Assembly: GCA_038745065.1 (NCBI GenBank) | Contig: JBCDLT010000007.1 | Coordinates: 11,320-75,319, forward strand | DNA from: Pseudomonadota bacterium | GTDB lineage: Bacteria > Pseudomonadota > Alphaproteobacteria > Rhizobiales > JANQQB01 | Reading direction: 5' to 3' | DNA length: 64,000 bases | Part shown: piece by piece, positions 1 through 8,101 of the stretch | Numbering within the stretch: position 1 is the stretch's first letter | Layout of the letters: each line of letters starts with the position of its first letter | The notes under the pieces: model-generated | Databases searched by the model: none | Told to the model about the DNA's origin: nothing | The model's input: only the letters and a program-made list of their open reading frames with translations | Program-made: the position numbers and the translations under genes

Positions 1-290
1 CGCAAGCCGCCGGCTATGGATTGCCCTTGCTGTTGTTCGGCCTGGCAGCGTTTGCCGAGATCGCCGGCGGCATTGCGTTGATCCTTGGCGGTCTTTATCG
101 CAACAACTGGATGACCGACGGGTTGACCCGCCTGGCTGGCCTGGCGATTTCGATCGTCGTCGCCGGCGTGATCGTCATGATTTATTTCGGGCCGTTCAGC
201 GGCTGGCAGCTGCAAGGCCTGCTCCTGGCCGGCGGATTGTTCTTTGTGATGCGCGGCAACGGCGACGTCAAAGGACGCGATCTCATCTGA
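1..290 (+). CDS. DoxX-like small membrane protein, C-terminal part (gene runs off the left edge)
   Basis: The frame is open from base 3 with no upstream stop. The visible 89 aa form three hydrophobic helices (AEIAGGIALILGG, LAISIVVAGVIVMIYF, LLLAGGLFFVM). The family call is by eye only. Confidence 0.4.
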   Translation, partial: QAAGYGLPLLLFGLAAFAEIAGGIALILGGLYRNNWMTDGLTRLAGLAISIVVAGVIVMIYFGPFSGWQLQGLLLAGGLFFVMRGNGDVKGRDLI

Positions 291-542
291 ATATGATCGT
301 TCAGTAATGCGCCACCCGCAAATGCGGGACGGCCTCAACGGATGGTTTCCGGGCTGCTTGCACGATCACGGCGGATGACGTCCTGATCGATAAAAGCAGC
401 CCGCTTGAGTGTGGTGATTGCGGGGTCAGTCACCGGACCACCATCCTGGCAAAGCAATAGTCCCCCGACCCGATTTCACCTGAAGATCCGGAATCGATTC
501 CGACTATAACGCTCTCTAAGTCTGGAAATGGAGCGTGGGTCG

Positions 543-1356
543 ATGAACCGATTGGATGGTAAAATCGCCGTGGTGACCGGCGGCACGCAAGGTCTCGGCG
601 CCGCGATTGCACGCCGGTTTGCCGAAGCCGGTATCGCCGGGATCGTGACCTGCGGACGCAACACGGAAAAAGGCGACGCTATTGCCGCGCGGATCGAACG
701 CGATCACGGCGTTCCGGTGCGATTTGTGACGGCGGATCTCGCCGATGTAGACGCATGTCGTGTCGTGATCACCGCGGCGGATAAGGCCTTCGGGCGTCTC
801 GATACGCTCGTCAATGCGGCAGGGCTGACGGATCGCGGCGATCTGTTGAACACCACACCCGAGCTCTTCGACCGGCTGATTGCCGTCAACGTGCGCGCCG
901 TTTTTCCTGATGCAGGAGGCTGTCCGCATGATGATCCGGGAGGGCACTGAAGGAACGATCGTCAACGTCGGCTCGACTTCGTCCCGGGCAGGACAACCCT
1001 TCATCGCCCCCTATTGCACGTCCAAGGGCGCGCTTTCGACGCTGACACGAAACAGCGGTTTCGCCTTGATGCGCAACAGAATTCGCGTCAACCAACTGGA
1101 CATCGGGTGGATGAATTCCGACAACGAGCGGTCCGTGCAGGCCGCCGAATCCGGCGATGCGGAATTCATCGAAAAAGTTGCCAGGACAATGCCGTTCGGC
1201 CGCCTGCTGGAACCCGATGAAGTGGCAAAGGCCGTCGCCTACCTCGCCTCCGACGACAGCGGCATGATGACCGGTTCCGTGATTCAGTTCGATCAGTCGA
1301 TCTGGGGTGGCTATGACGGCCAGGCCCCTACCCCCGAAAACCCGATGACCTTGTAA
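543..1356 (+). pseudogene. Short-chain dehydrogenase/reductase (SDR), split by a frameshift near 897-898
   Basis: The N-terminal half (frame of 528) carries the Rossmann motif KIAVVTGGTQGLG and NAAG. The C-terminal half (frame of 880) carries the catalytic S...YCTSK and the PFGR..PDEVA tail. The two frames overlap at gtgcgcgccg (891-900). Reading ...NVRA then PFFLMQ... requires 2 missing nt in a CG run. Confidence 0.75.
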
Positions 1357-1446
1357 AGAAGTCCTGCCATCGTTTCCGCCGTTGCCGAGTCCGCTTCAAG
1401 CCATATCGCAAGCACTTATCCTCAACCGCCCGTTTTATGCCACGCC

Positions 1447-1519
1447 AGGAAGTTGGCCATAACCGCCCATAAAGCCGGCGCATTGGAATACATCGGAAAA
1501 TGACCGGATTGCGGGATCG
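1447..1519. repeat. Left copy of a 73-bp direct repeat (displaced 3' end of the alpha/beta-hydrolase gene)
   Basis: 72/73 nt are identical to 5021-5093; the single mismatch is at 1462 versus 5036. On the minus strand it keeps the hydrolase frame (IPQSGHFPMYSNAPALWAVMANFL) and continues to its own stop at 1422-1424 (AWHKTGG*). Confidence 0.9.
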
Positions 1520-1748
1520 AGACGACAACGCCAAGGCGGGGGCTTTTGGGACACCGTCAAGAAACGCGATACTGCAATCACAGTCTTTCAGCGGGCATCT
1601 TGGCTGCGTCTCCCATTGCTTTGGACAGAAACGCCAAACCTCTGCATAGAGGGACGGCGCAACCGTATTGTGACTTGTTGCTCAACTTTTATTAAACGCT
1701 TGCACTGCTAGAATATTGACATGTTCTAATCTTAGGTCTGCACCCGTC

Positions 1749-1958
1749 ATGCAAGAAACCGGCAACCATCAAAACATCACTTCCGAAAACCTGTTGGTCG
1801 AATTGAGGGGCATACGGTTAGCGCTCGAGGCGTCCGTCGACATGCAGAAAGATCTGACGCGAATGATCGAGCGCACGAATAAGTGGGCCAGAGTTTTCAA
1901 CTTCGTTGTGTTTTTCATAATAGGTCTCGCGGCCGCTTACCTGATTGTGCCTGCATGA
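1749..1958 (+). CDS. Hypothetical small protein with a single C-terminal TM helix
   Basis: ORF 1716-1958, with the internal ATG at 1749 (MQETGNHQ...) preferred. It has a charged helical N-terminal part followed by VFNFVVFFIIGLAAAYLIV. A TAGAAT -10-like box lies about 40 nt upstream. I recognise no homology. Confidence 0.35.
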   Translation: MQETGNHQNITSENLLVELRGIRLALEASVDMQKDLTRMIERTNKWARVFNFVVFFIIGLAAAYLIVPA

Positions 1959-2166
1959 CAATCCGTCGGTTTGAATTCGAATGCTGTTTTCTGGGCCGCT
2001 GTCCGAAACCCATCGCCACAAACGAGGTTGCACGGGTTCAAAGCCTCGGCTTGCCGCCATTGGAATTCAAAAGCGGATTTTGCGCAGCGCCTTGGCGACA
2101 AAGTAGGCGCCGGGTTCCCTACGGACGGTCAGCCAACGCAACAGGTTTCCGATAAAGGGCGAATCG

Positions 2167-2499
2167 ATGGGTGCAGGTTTTATCGCTGGTGCGCTTGAAA
2201 GAATTATCTTTGATCCGCTCGCGATAGCGATGCTGATCTGTCTTTACTTTATATTCTTTTCGATCATCAAATATGCGATGGCTCGCTTCACTCTAGCAGT
2301 AATTACAACTTCACTAGTCAATTATTTTATCGAATCGACGAACGACTCATTCCATTCAATACTTAATACAAGGCTCTTAATAAAACTGACTATTTACTCC
2401 ATAATGCTAGCGATTTTTATTTTCATCTACAAATTAATCACATTGACTTACTCGCTAATCGCCAAATTAACGAGGAAGGCGTTGGCATCCCGGCGATAG
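2167..2499 (+). CDS. Hypothetical multi-pass membrane protein (most AT-rich gene in the window)
   Basis: This 110-aa ORF has 3 hydrophobic segments rich in I/L/F/Y/K/N, reflecting AT-rich codons. It sits inside the islet. No family is recognised. Confidence 0.45.
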   Translation: MGAGFIAGALERIIFDPLAIAMLICLYFIFFSIIKYAMARFTLAVITTSLVNYFIESTNDSFHSILNTRLLIKLTIYSIMLAIFIFIYKLITLTYSLIAKLTRKALASRR

Positions 2500-2714
2500 C
2501 AACGTCGGATGTTGGACCGGTGCTCCTGTAGCCCAATCATCCAGAGTTGCAATCACACTCTCACATGATCGGCTATGCCGGCGCAGCCTGCGGTCTTTGC
2601 TCGTTCTACACATCGAGCGGTCGGGGAGGACACCCCTTTGTCGTCAACCGATAGCATACACGACCCGGCGCCGCCCGAACCAGCCTTGCCACATTACCGC
2701 CGACCTTCAGCCGT

Positions 2715-3224
2715 TCATCGGAACAGGGCGTTCCGGATCGCCGTCATCAACGCAGCAGCCACTGCCATGACGAGCAGGGCCAGGGCGCAGGCGATCAACG
2801 CGTAGCCGAGTTTCCCCAAACTGGGCTTCAGATCCATGACGCGGTCTGAGGCAAGAAATCTTGACGCCAACAGCAATGCGGACAGGGGCGAGAAAATCAA
2901 AGCTTCCGTCACTCGCCATTTACCGCCCGTCTGTTCGAGAGCTTTTCCGGTCAGACCGCGTAAACACAGGTTGCGAAATATGATGATTGGCAAGAGAAGC
3001 AACCAGGCGATGATGATCCAAAGTATAATGTGAGCAAGTACATAGGCAATCAACTGCACCGTCGTCTCGCCATCGTAGCCAATACTTCTGATGAAATCAG
3101 TTAGCATATGGCCTAGCGCTAAGACGACGCCAAATGCAGACGTCACAAGGAAAGCCTGTGTCTTCGACCAGTGGATGAATCGGTTAGCACCCGATGCCTC
3201 ATCGTGCTGGACGTTATTCGTCAC
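2715..3224 (-). CDS. Hypothetical 4-TM membrane protein, paralogue of 3354-3893
   Basis: 169 aa. It shares blocks with its neighbour: FIHWSKTQAFLVT / FVHWSKRQAFFVT, LLLPIIIFRNLCLRGLTGKAL / FLLPIVVLRNLSLYGLSGQSL, GGKWRVTEALIFSP / GSKWKIKEALVFSP, and the C-terminal IRNALFR / LRNMLYR. Confidence 0.6.
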   Translation of the reverse strand: MTNNVQHDEASGANRFIHWSKTQAFLVTSAFGVVLALGHMLTDFIRSIGYDGETTVQLIAYVLAHIILWIIIAWLLLLPIIIFRNLCLRGLTGKALEQTGGKWRVTEALIFSPLSALLLASRFLASDRVMDLKPSLGKLGYALIACALALLVMAVAAALMTAIRNALFR

Positions 3225-3353
3225 GACGATCCTTATCCCTATGCATCTTGATTATGAATAACCCTGGGACATTGCGTGAGGGTCTACCGGTGGAAAATTC
3301 CGAGCAAACCACCCCAATCGGCAATCTTCGGACAGAGGCCCGACTCGACCTGT

Positions 3354-3893
3354 TCATCGGTACAGCATGTTCCGAAGCCACACCATCAAAGCGACAGCAA
3401 TCCCGATTACCAATAGGGATAAGACGCAAACGGTCAAAGCGTAAACAAGTTTACCGAAATTCGAATTCAGACCCGTTACGCTGTCTGATGCAACAACGCA
3501 GGAAGCGAATAGAAGGCTGGCTACAGGTGAAAAAACCAGAGCTTCTTTGATTTTCCATTTGCTCCCGGTCTTTGCCAGTGATTGCCCGCTCAGACCATAC
3601 AAAGACAGGTTTCGCAGAACAACGATAGGCAAGAGAAACAAACAAGCGATGACGGCCCAAACGAGTGTTTCGCTCGCGACATGAAGGATCACTTCCGATG
3701 TCTTGTCTGCTTGATGGCCGCCATTTACGATATCGGTCACGAGGGAATATCCAAGCCCTCCGACCGAGCCGGACCCCATCGTCACAAAAAATGCCTGTCT
3801 CTTCGACCAATGAACGAATTGAGTCACGCCCAAATCCCCATCATGCCGCGCAACGTCGGTCACGTCGAAGACTGCGGCCATTTCATCGTACAT
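3354..3893 (-). CDS. Hypothetical 4-TM membrane protein, paralogue of 2715-3224
   Basis: 179 aa with the same topology and conserved blocks as 2715-3224. It lies immediately downstream of the secreted-protein gene on the same strand. Confidence 0.6.
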   Translation of the reverse strand: MYDEMAAVFDVTDVARHDGDLGVTQFVHWSKRQAFFVTMGSGSVGGLGYSLVTDIVNGGHQADKTSEVILHVASETLVWAVIACLFLLPIVVLRNLSLYGLSGQSLAKTGSKWKIKEALVFSPVASLLFASCVVASDSVTGLNSNFGKLVYALTVCVLSLLVIGIAVALMVWLRNMLYR

Positions 3894-3976
3894 CCAGAGT
3901 AGGCGCGGACTTTCGCGCCACCTCCCCTGTCGTGTGTGTTGGAAAGGCTTTCAATCTGCAGATCATGAGTCACGGT

Positions 3977-4771
3977 TCAAGTACCGTCCGGCATGCTACG
4001 CAAGATTGCCAGATCATCAAATTCTCGAGATCCGGGTTGCATTAAGTCGGACTGTTTCGGGCTGGCGCAAAATCGTTTGCCGTAGGAATGAAAGAGTTCA
4101 ATGAATTCATCGACCTTGTCGTCAGAGACAAACATCGAATACTGCCTCCCGGTACTGTTACGCGGCCCCTGAGTGCTGAACCCAGCGCACCAGCGGTAAA
4201 CATCGCCCACACGCGTGTAGATCTTGTCAGTCAACTCGGCTTCAAATCTCTCTCGGAGCACCCTCATTCTTTTGTCGCCGCCCTCAGGAATACTGGCAAA
4301 CTCCTGGTCTACTATTTTCTGGGCGTCATTCTCAACCTTTTGGATTCGCTCCAATAAGCCCGGTTTGAAGTCGAAACGAATGATGGATTTTTGCGGAGTG
4401 AGTTCACTCGGACGCGTGGATTTGTGAATGCCAGGATCCGCGGTTTTCAAAAGACCGACATCAATCCGGCGGTCAACCTGCCAATAGTCAACGGCCGGAC
4501 AGTTGTTTCGATTTCTATCAAGTCTCCTTACAAGAATGCAGTCTTCAAAAAAGGCGGTTTCTCGCGATCGGACGATCCCGGCTCTTACGTTTTCCAACGT
4601 CAGCACGCCGACGATGCGGTGCTCGAGATCGGCACGCGATAGACGATCAGCCGGGGACGGAAACAGATCAAAAAAAGCGGTATCTGTTTGGCGTGATTCC
4701 ACGGCTATTGCGTTGGAAACCAACGCGGAGTGAGCAAACCAGAAAAGTACGAAGGCGAACAATCGCATCAT
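3977..4771 (-). CDS. Hypothetical secreted protein (Sec signal peptide, 4 Cys)
   Basis: 264 aa. The N-terminus MMRLFAFVLFWFAHSALVSNA/IAVE looks like a signal peptide with an SNA cleavage site. The mature part is hydrophilic, and no family is recognised. It is the first gene of a minus-strand trio in the islet. Confidence 0.6.
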   Translation of the reverse strand: MMRLFAFVLFWFAHSALVSNAIAVESRQTDTAFFDLFPSPADRLSRADLEHRIVGVLTLENVRAGIVRSRETAFFEDCILVRRLDRNRNNCPAVDYWQVDRRIDVGLLKTADPGIHKSTRPSELTPQKSIIRFDFKPGLLERIQKVENDAQKIVDQEFASIPEGGDKRMRVLRERFEAELTDKIYTRVGDVYRWCAGFSTQGPRNSTGRQYSMFVSDDKVDEFIELFHSYGKRFCASPKQSDLMQPGSREFDDLAILRSMPDGT

Positions 4772-4995
4772 AATAGAGGCCTAAACTCAGATAATTCAGA
4801 TTACGAGAATTCCAATAACTTAACGAGATATTACCTCGTTTTAAAGCCAGTCTTTTTGGCCCAAAGTGATGATACCTGTTTCCCCGAACGACGATTGGCA
4901 ATGCGTCCGGCCCCGCGGCGGCACTATGAGCTCTTATACGTTTTCCCGGGAAGGCAGGCTAGTCCTTCGTCAGGTTGCGTCAAGATCGGAAACCC

Positions 4996-5826
4996 TCACG
5001 CCCTCGCCTCCCGCCGGGACAGGAAGTTGGCCATAGCCGCCCATAAAGCCGGCGCATTGGAATACATCGGAAAATGACCGGATTGCGGGATCGGAATCAC
5101 ATCGACACCGATCGACCGAAGACGATCCAGATAGGACAGATGCTGGTTCTGCTCGCCGTGGATGAACACCCGCGGCATGGGCAGGCGGGCCATGATGTCC
5201 AGAAGCGGTTCGTTGTCCGACAGAGCGACCATTGAGGTGAAGATCGGCCGGAAGGATGTCGCCCTGACCTTCCAGGGCAACGCCGACGTATAGAGCGCCG
5301 ATGAAAATTCGGGCCGCGCCCGGACACGTTCAATGAAGCCGGCCATGAAGGCATCGGGCGTTGCGGCCGGATGGTCGATGATCTGTCGCGACAGGAAACA
5401 ATCTTCCGGCGCCAGATTGCCTTCGATGTCGATGAAGCTCAGGACACGGTCCGGATGTGCATCGGCCAGCATCAGCGCCGTCAATCCGCCCATGGAATGG
5501 CCCGACAGGTGAAACCGGTCGAGCCCAAGCGCATCGCAGGCGGCGATCGCCACGGCGACGAGGAAGGGGATCGACAATGCCTCCGGGTCATCGACCGACG
5601 ACGCGCCGCAATCCGGCGCATCCCAGAAGAACAGGGCCCGGTCCGCAAAGTCAGGATGCAGGGCCAGATCCGCATAATCCTCCTTGGTCGACCCGAAGCC
5701 ATGCAGGCAGACCAGCGGCGGGCATGTTCCGGGCCGCGTGAGGCAGGCCAACCGGACGGACCGGTCCTGGACAAGAAGGTTGAGCATTTCCGTATTCATC
5801 GCACAGAGAAAACAGTGATGATTCAT
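4996..5826 (-). CDS. Alpha/beta-fold hydrolase
   Basis: It has the nucleophile elbow GHSMGG, HGFG near the N-terminus, and a C-terminal SGHFP histidine region. Length is 276 aa, though the start could be the internal Met at MNTEML. Confidence 0.85.
   Translation of the reverse strand: MNHHCFLCAMNTEMLNLLVQDRSVRLACLTRPGTCPPLVCLHGFGSTKEDYADLALHPDFADRALFFWDAPDCGASSVDDPEALSIPFLVAVAIAACDALGLDRFHLSGHSMGGLTALMLADAHPDRVLSFIDIEGNLAPEDCFLSRQIIDHPAATPDAFMAGFIERVRARPEFSSALYTSALPWKVRATSFRPIFTSMVALSDNEPLLDIMARLPMPRVFIHGEQNQHLSYLDRLRSIGVDVIPIPQSGHFPMYSNAPALWAAMANFLSRREARA
5021..5093. repeat. Right copy of the 73-bp direct repeat (inside the intact hydrolase gene)
   Basis: See 1447-1519. It encodes IPQSGHFPMYSNAPALWAAMANFL of the 4996-5826 gene. 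Confidence 0.9.
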
Positions 5827-5880
5827 CTTCGATTCATGGAATTGATAGATGCTTCGACATAAAAATGCTAGTTCGAACGC

Positions 5881-6360
5881 ATGATCGACACCATAGATCG
5901 CGAAATCTTATCCATCCTCCTGCAGGACGCCGCCACATCAAAGGCAGAAATCGCCCGTCGCTTGGGGCTGGCAGCCTCGGCGATTTCCGAGCGCGTGCGC
6001 CGGCTTGAGGCCGACGGAATCATTGAAGGCTATGAGATCCGGATCAATCCGCGGGCGCTCGGCAAACCGCTTCTTGCCTTTGTCTTTGTGACCGACGCCA
6101 AGCCGAGCAAGGGGTTCGATACGGCCGCGGCTCTGTCAAAGGTCGCCGGCCTGGAGGAATTGCACAAGATCGCCGGCGACGATTGTTACCTTCTGAAGAT
6201 CCGCGCCTCGGGAACGGACGAACTCAATGCCATCATCGAGGGACAGATCAATCCCGTTCAGTCCGTCACACGCGTGCGCACGACCATTGTTCTTAACGCC
6301 GTAACGGAAAGACCGTGCCTTTCCGGGCATGATGTTCGCGAAGTCAATGATACGGGTTGA
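5881..6360 (+). CDS. Lrp/AsnC family transcriptional regulator
   Basis: DREILSILLQDAATSKAEIARRLGLAASAISERVRRLEADGII is the typical Lrp HTH. An AsnC-type ligand domain follows. The gene is divergent from the hydrolase gene. Confidence 0.9.
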   Translation: MIDTIDREILSILLQDAATSKAEIARRLGLAASAISERVRRLEADGIIEGYEIRINPRALGKPLLAFVFVTDAKPSKGFDTAAALSKVAGLEELHKIAGDDCYLLKIRASGTDELNAIIEGQINPVQSVTRVRTTIVLNAVTERPCLSGHDVREVNDTG

Positions 6361-6494
6361 TGGGCCGGATACCGATTGCGGCGTGACCCCTTTCGCCATG
6401 CGATGTATGATCGGTACAAAGAGGGGATACACGCAAACCGTGCCGGCACCGCAATCGGGCACCGGCAGGTGAGCGAAGACAGGCAGCGCGATCG

Positions 6495-7529
6495 GTGGCG
6501 AACAGGGCGCTCATCGACAAGACCGTGGTCGACTTTGCGGCCGCGGCGCCCGAAGACCATGACGGTCTTTGGGTCGATGCCTTACGTTCTCTCTACGCCC
6601 TGTCGCCGCTGAACGCGCAATTTCCCTCTACGCCGCGACTTGGCCAGAGCTGGCTGCTCGATCAGCTTGTGCTGAGCGAATCATGCTTCACTAACCAGTT
6701 GATCCACCGCGGCAAGCGGCACACCAACGGATTCGCCGATCTGTTATGGGTGGGCGTCCTGTTTCGCGGCGAAATCATCGGCCGTCTCGATGAACAGCAG
6801 GTTCATATCCGCCCGGGCGAAATCCATGTCATGGATTTCAGCAAGGTCTATGCCGCCAAATGCGCACCCTCCCATCTGCGCAGTCTGCTGGTTACCCATG
6901 ACCTGGTCGGCTACGACCCGAGCCGGCATCCGGCGATTATGCGGTTTTCGGAGCGTACCGCCGTCGGGCGGGTTTTTCTGCAGACATTGATGAGTGTCTT
7001 TGCCCATCTGGATCTGACCACCAAAGCCGAGGCGCCGAGCGTCTCGCGCGCGCTGATCGCACTCTTGAAAGGCGTGCTTTTCGAAGAGCCGGGCACCGAG
7101 CCGACGGCGCCCGGCTACAAGACGGCCCGTTCCGAGGCGATGCGCAGCTATATTGCGCAGAACCTGCAAAGCCCGGCGCTCGACCCGGAGACGATCGGCG
7201 CCCGGTTCCATGTTTCCCGCGCAACCCTTTATCGCGACTTCAAGGAGGACGGCGGGGTCGAGCGCTTCATCCTCGCGCGCCGGCTGGATGCCGCCCTGAT
7301 GGCACTCGCTTTCGGGCCGGCGGAGCGCGGTGTCGTCAGGCGCGTCGCGGAACAATGGGGGTTTACCGACACCGCCCATTTCAGCCGCGAATTCCGCCGC
7401 CGGTTCGGCATCACGCCGAGCGATGTCATCGGACAGAGTCCCGGTTCCGAAGACTGGCAATGGACCGGCTATACCCCCGAAGACACTGCCAGAAGGGGCG
7501 ACCTGGGAAGCTTCCTGCGCAAGCTCTGA
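6495..7529 (+). CDS. AraC family transcriptional regulator
   Basis: The C-terminal double HTH reads FHVSRATLYRDFKEDGGVERFILARRLDAA...WGFTDTAHFSREFRRRFGITPSDV. It has a GTG start and is a paralogue of 26167-27261 and 28016-29092. Confidence 0.85.
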   Translation: MANRALIDKTVVDFAAAAPEDHDGLWVDALRSLYALSPLNAQFPSTPRLGQSWLLDQLVLSESCFTNQLIHRGKRHTNGFADLLWVGVLFRGEIIGRLDEQQVHIRPGEIHVMDFSKVYAAKCAPSHLRSLLVTHDLVGYDPSRHPAIMRFSERTAVGRVFLQTLMSVFAHLDLTTKAEAPSVSRALIALLKGVLFEEPGTEPTAPGYKTARSEAMRSYIAQNLQSPALDPETIGARFHVSRATLYRDFKEDGGVERFILARRLDAALMALAFGPAERGVVRRVAEQWGFTDTAHFSREFRRRFGITPSDVIGQSPGSEDWQWTGYTPEDTARRGDLGSFLRKL

Positions 7530-7638
7530 CCGGCACGCAATCCCCTAACGCGGTTTGGCCGGTATTGAATAGGCCGTCTTGTCCCCTGCATCGCCCGGCT
7601 GAAGGCCGGCCTGCCCCTGACGGGGCCGCACATGACTT

Positions 7639-7947
7639 TCATCGGCACCGCGCCGACGAGATATCGTCGTTCCGGATCCCGAAATCCTCGACCCAGGAAT
7701 AGACGCCCGGCCGGAAACAATGCCGCGTGCCCTCATAATTGATGTGCTGATAATAGCACCAGCGCCCGCTGAGCACGACGAACGACGACATCACATCGTT
7801 GAACCGGAACTGCCTGAAATCATTGTGCCGGGACTCGATGCGATAATACTTCCCGTCGAAATCGATGTGTTCGAACACGATCATCTTGCAGGCCATGGCC
7901 GTGGACGGCGACAGCATGAGCGCGAGGGTCAACATCAAGATTCTCAT
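7639..7947 (-). CDS. Small secreted beta/gamma-crystallin-like domain protein
   Basis: I took the ATG at 7947 (AGGA about 9 nt upstream) rather than the long ORF-track start at 8274, which would overlap the TRAP gene. The signal peptide is MRILMLTLALMLSPSTAMA. Two Greek-key-like Y/FxxxxY/FxG motifs are present (FEHIDFDG, YQHINYEG), each followed by a Ser. Confidence 0.65.
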   Translation of the reverse strand: MRILMLTLALMLSPSTAMACKMIVFEHIDFDGKYYRIESRHNDFRQFRFNDVMSSFVVLSGRWCYYQHINYEGTRHCFRPGVYSWVEDFGIRNDDISSARCR

Positions 7948-8101
7948 GAGTTCAGATCCTGTTGCGATGGAACCGATCAACTCCGGCAAAGAATATTGCA
8001 CGCCGGCGACAGAGACGTCATGAGTGTAATTCACTAAATTTCCGGCACCCAATCGCATTGTGAGCGATGGACGATCCGTCGCAGCCGTAAGGCCAAGAGC
8101 C

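Larger units (their letters stand above)
1447..5093. mobile_element. Low-GC genomic islet of about 3.6 kb bounded by 73-bp direct repeats; no recombinase gene
   Basis: The direct repeats are at 1447-1519 and 5021-5093. Composition inside is visibly AT-rich (2200-2500 especially) against a GC-rich background. All five internal ORFs are orphan membrane or secreted proteins. No integrase, transposase or tRNA is present. Confidence 0.5.

Noticed and set aside
891-906. Programmed ribosomal frameshift in the SDR gene (T-run ccgtttttc nearby)
   Set aside because: The frame change must occur before the T-run, at the CG run, and needs a net shift equivalent to 2 missing nt. A mutation or sequencing error is far more likely than recoding.
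1328-1534. 68-aa minus-strand ORF covering the left direct repeat
   Set aside because: It reads the repeat in the wrong frame relative to the hydrolase. The region is better explained as a displaced gene fragment.
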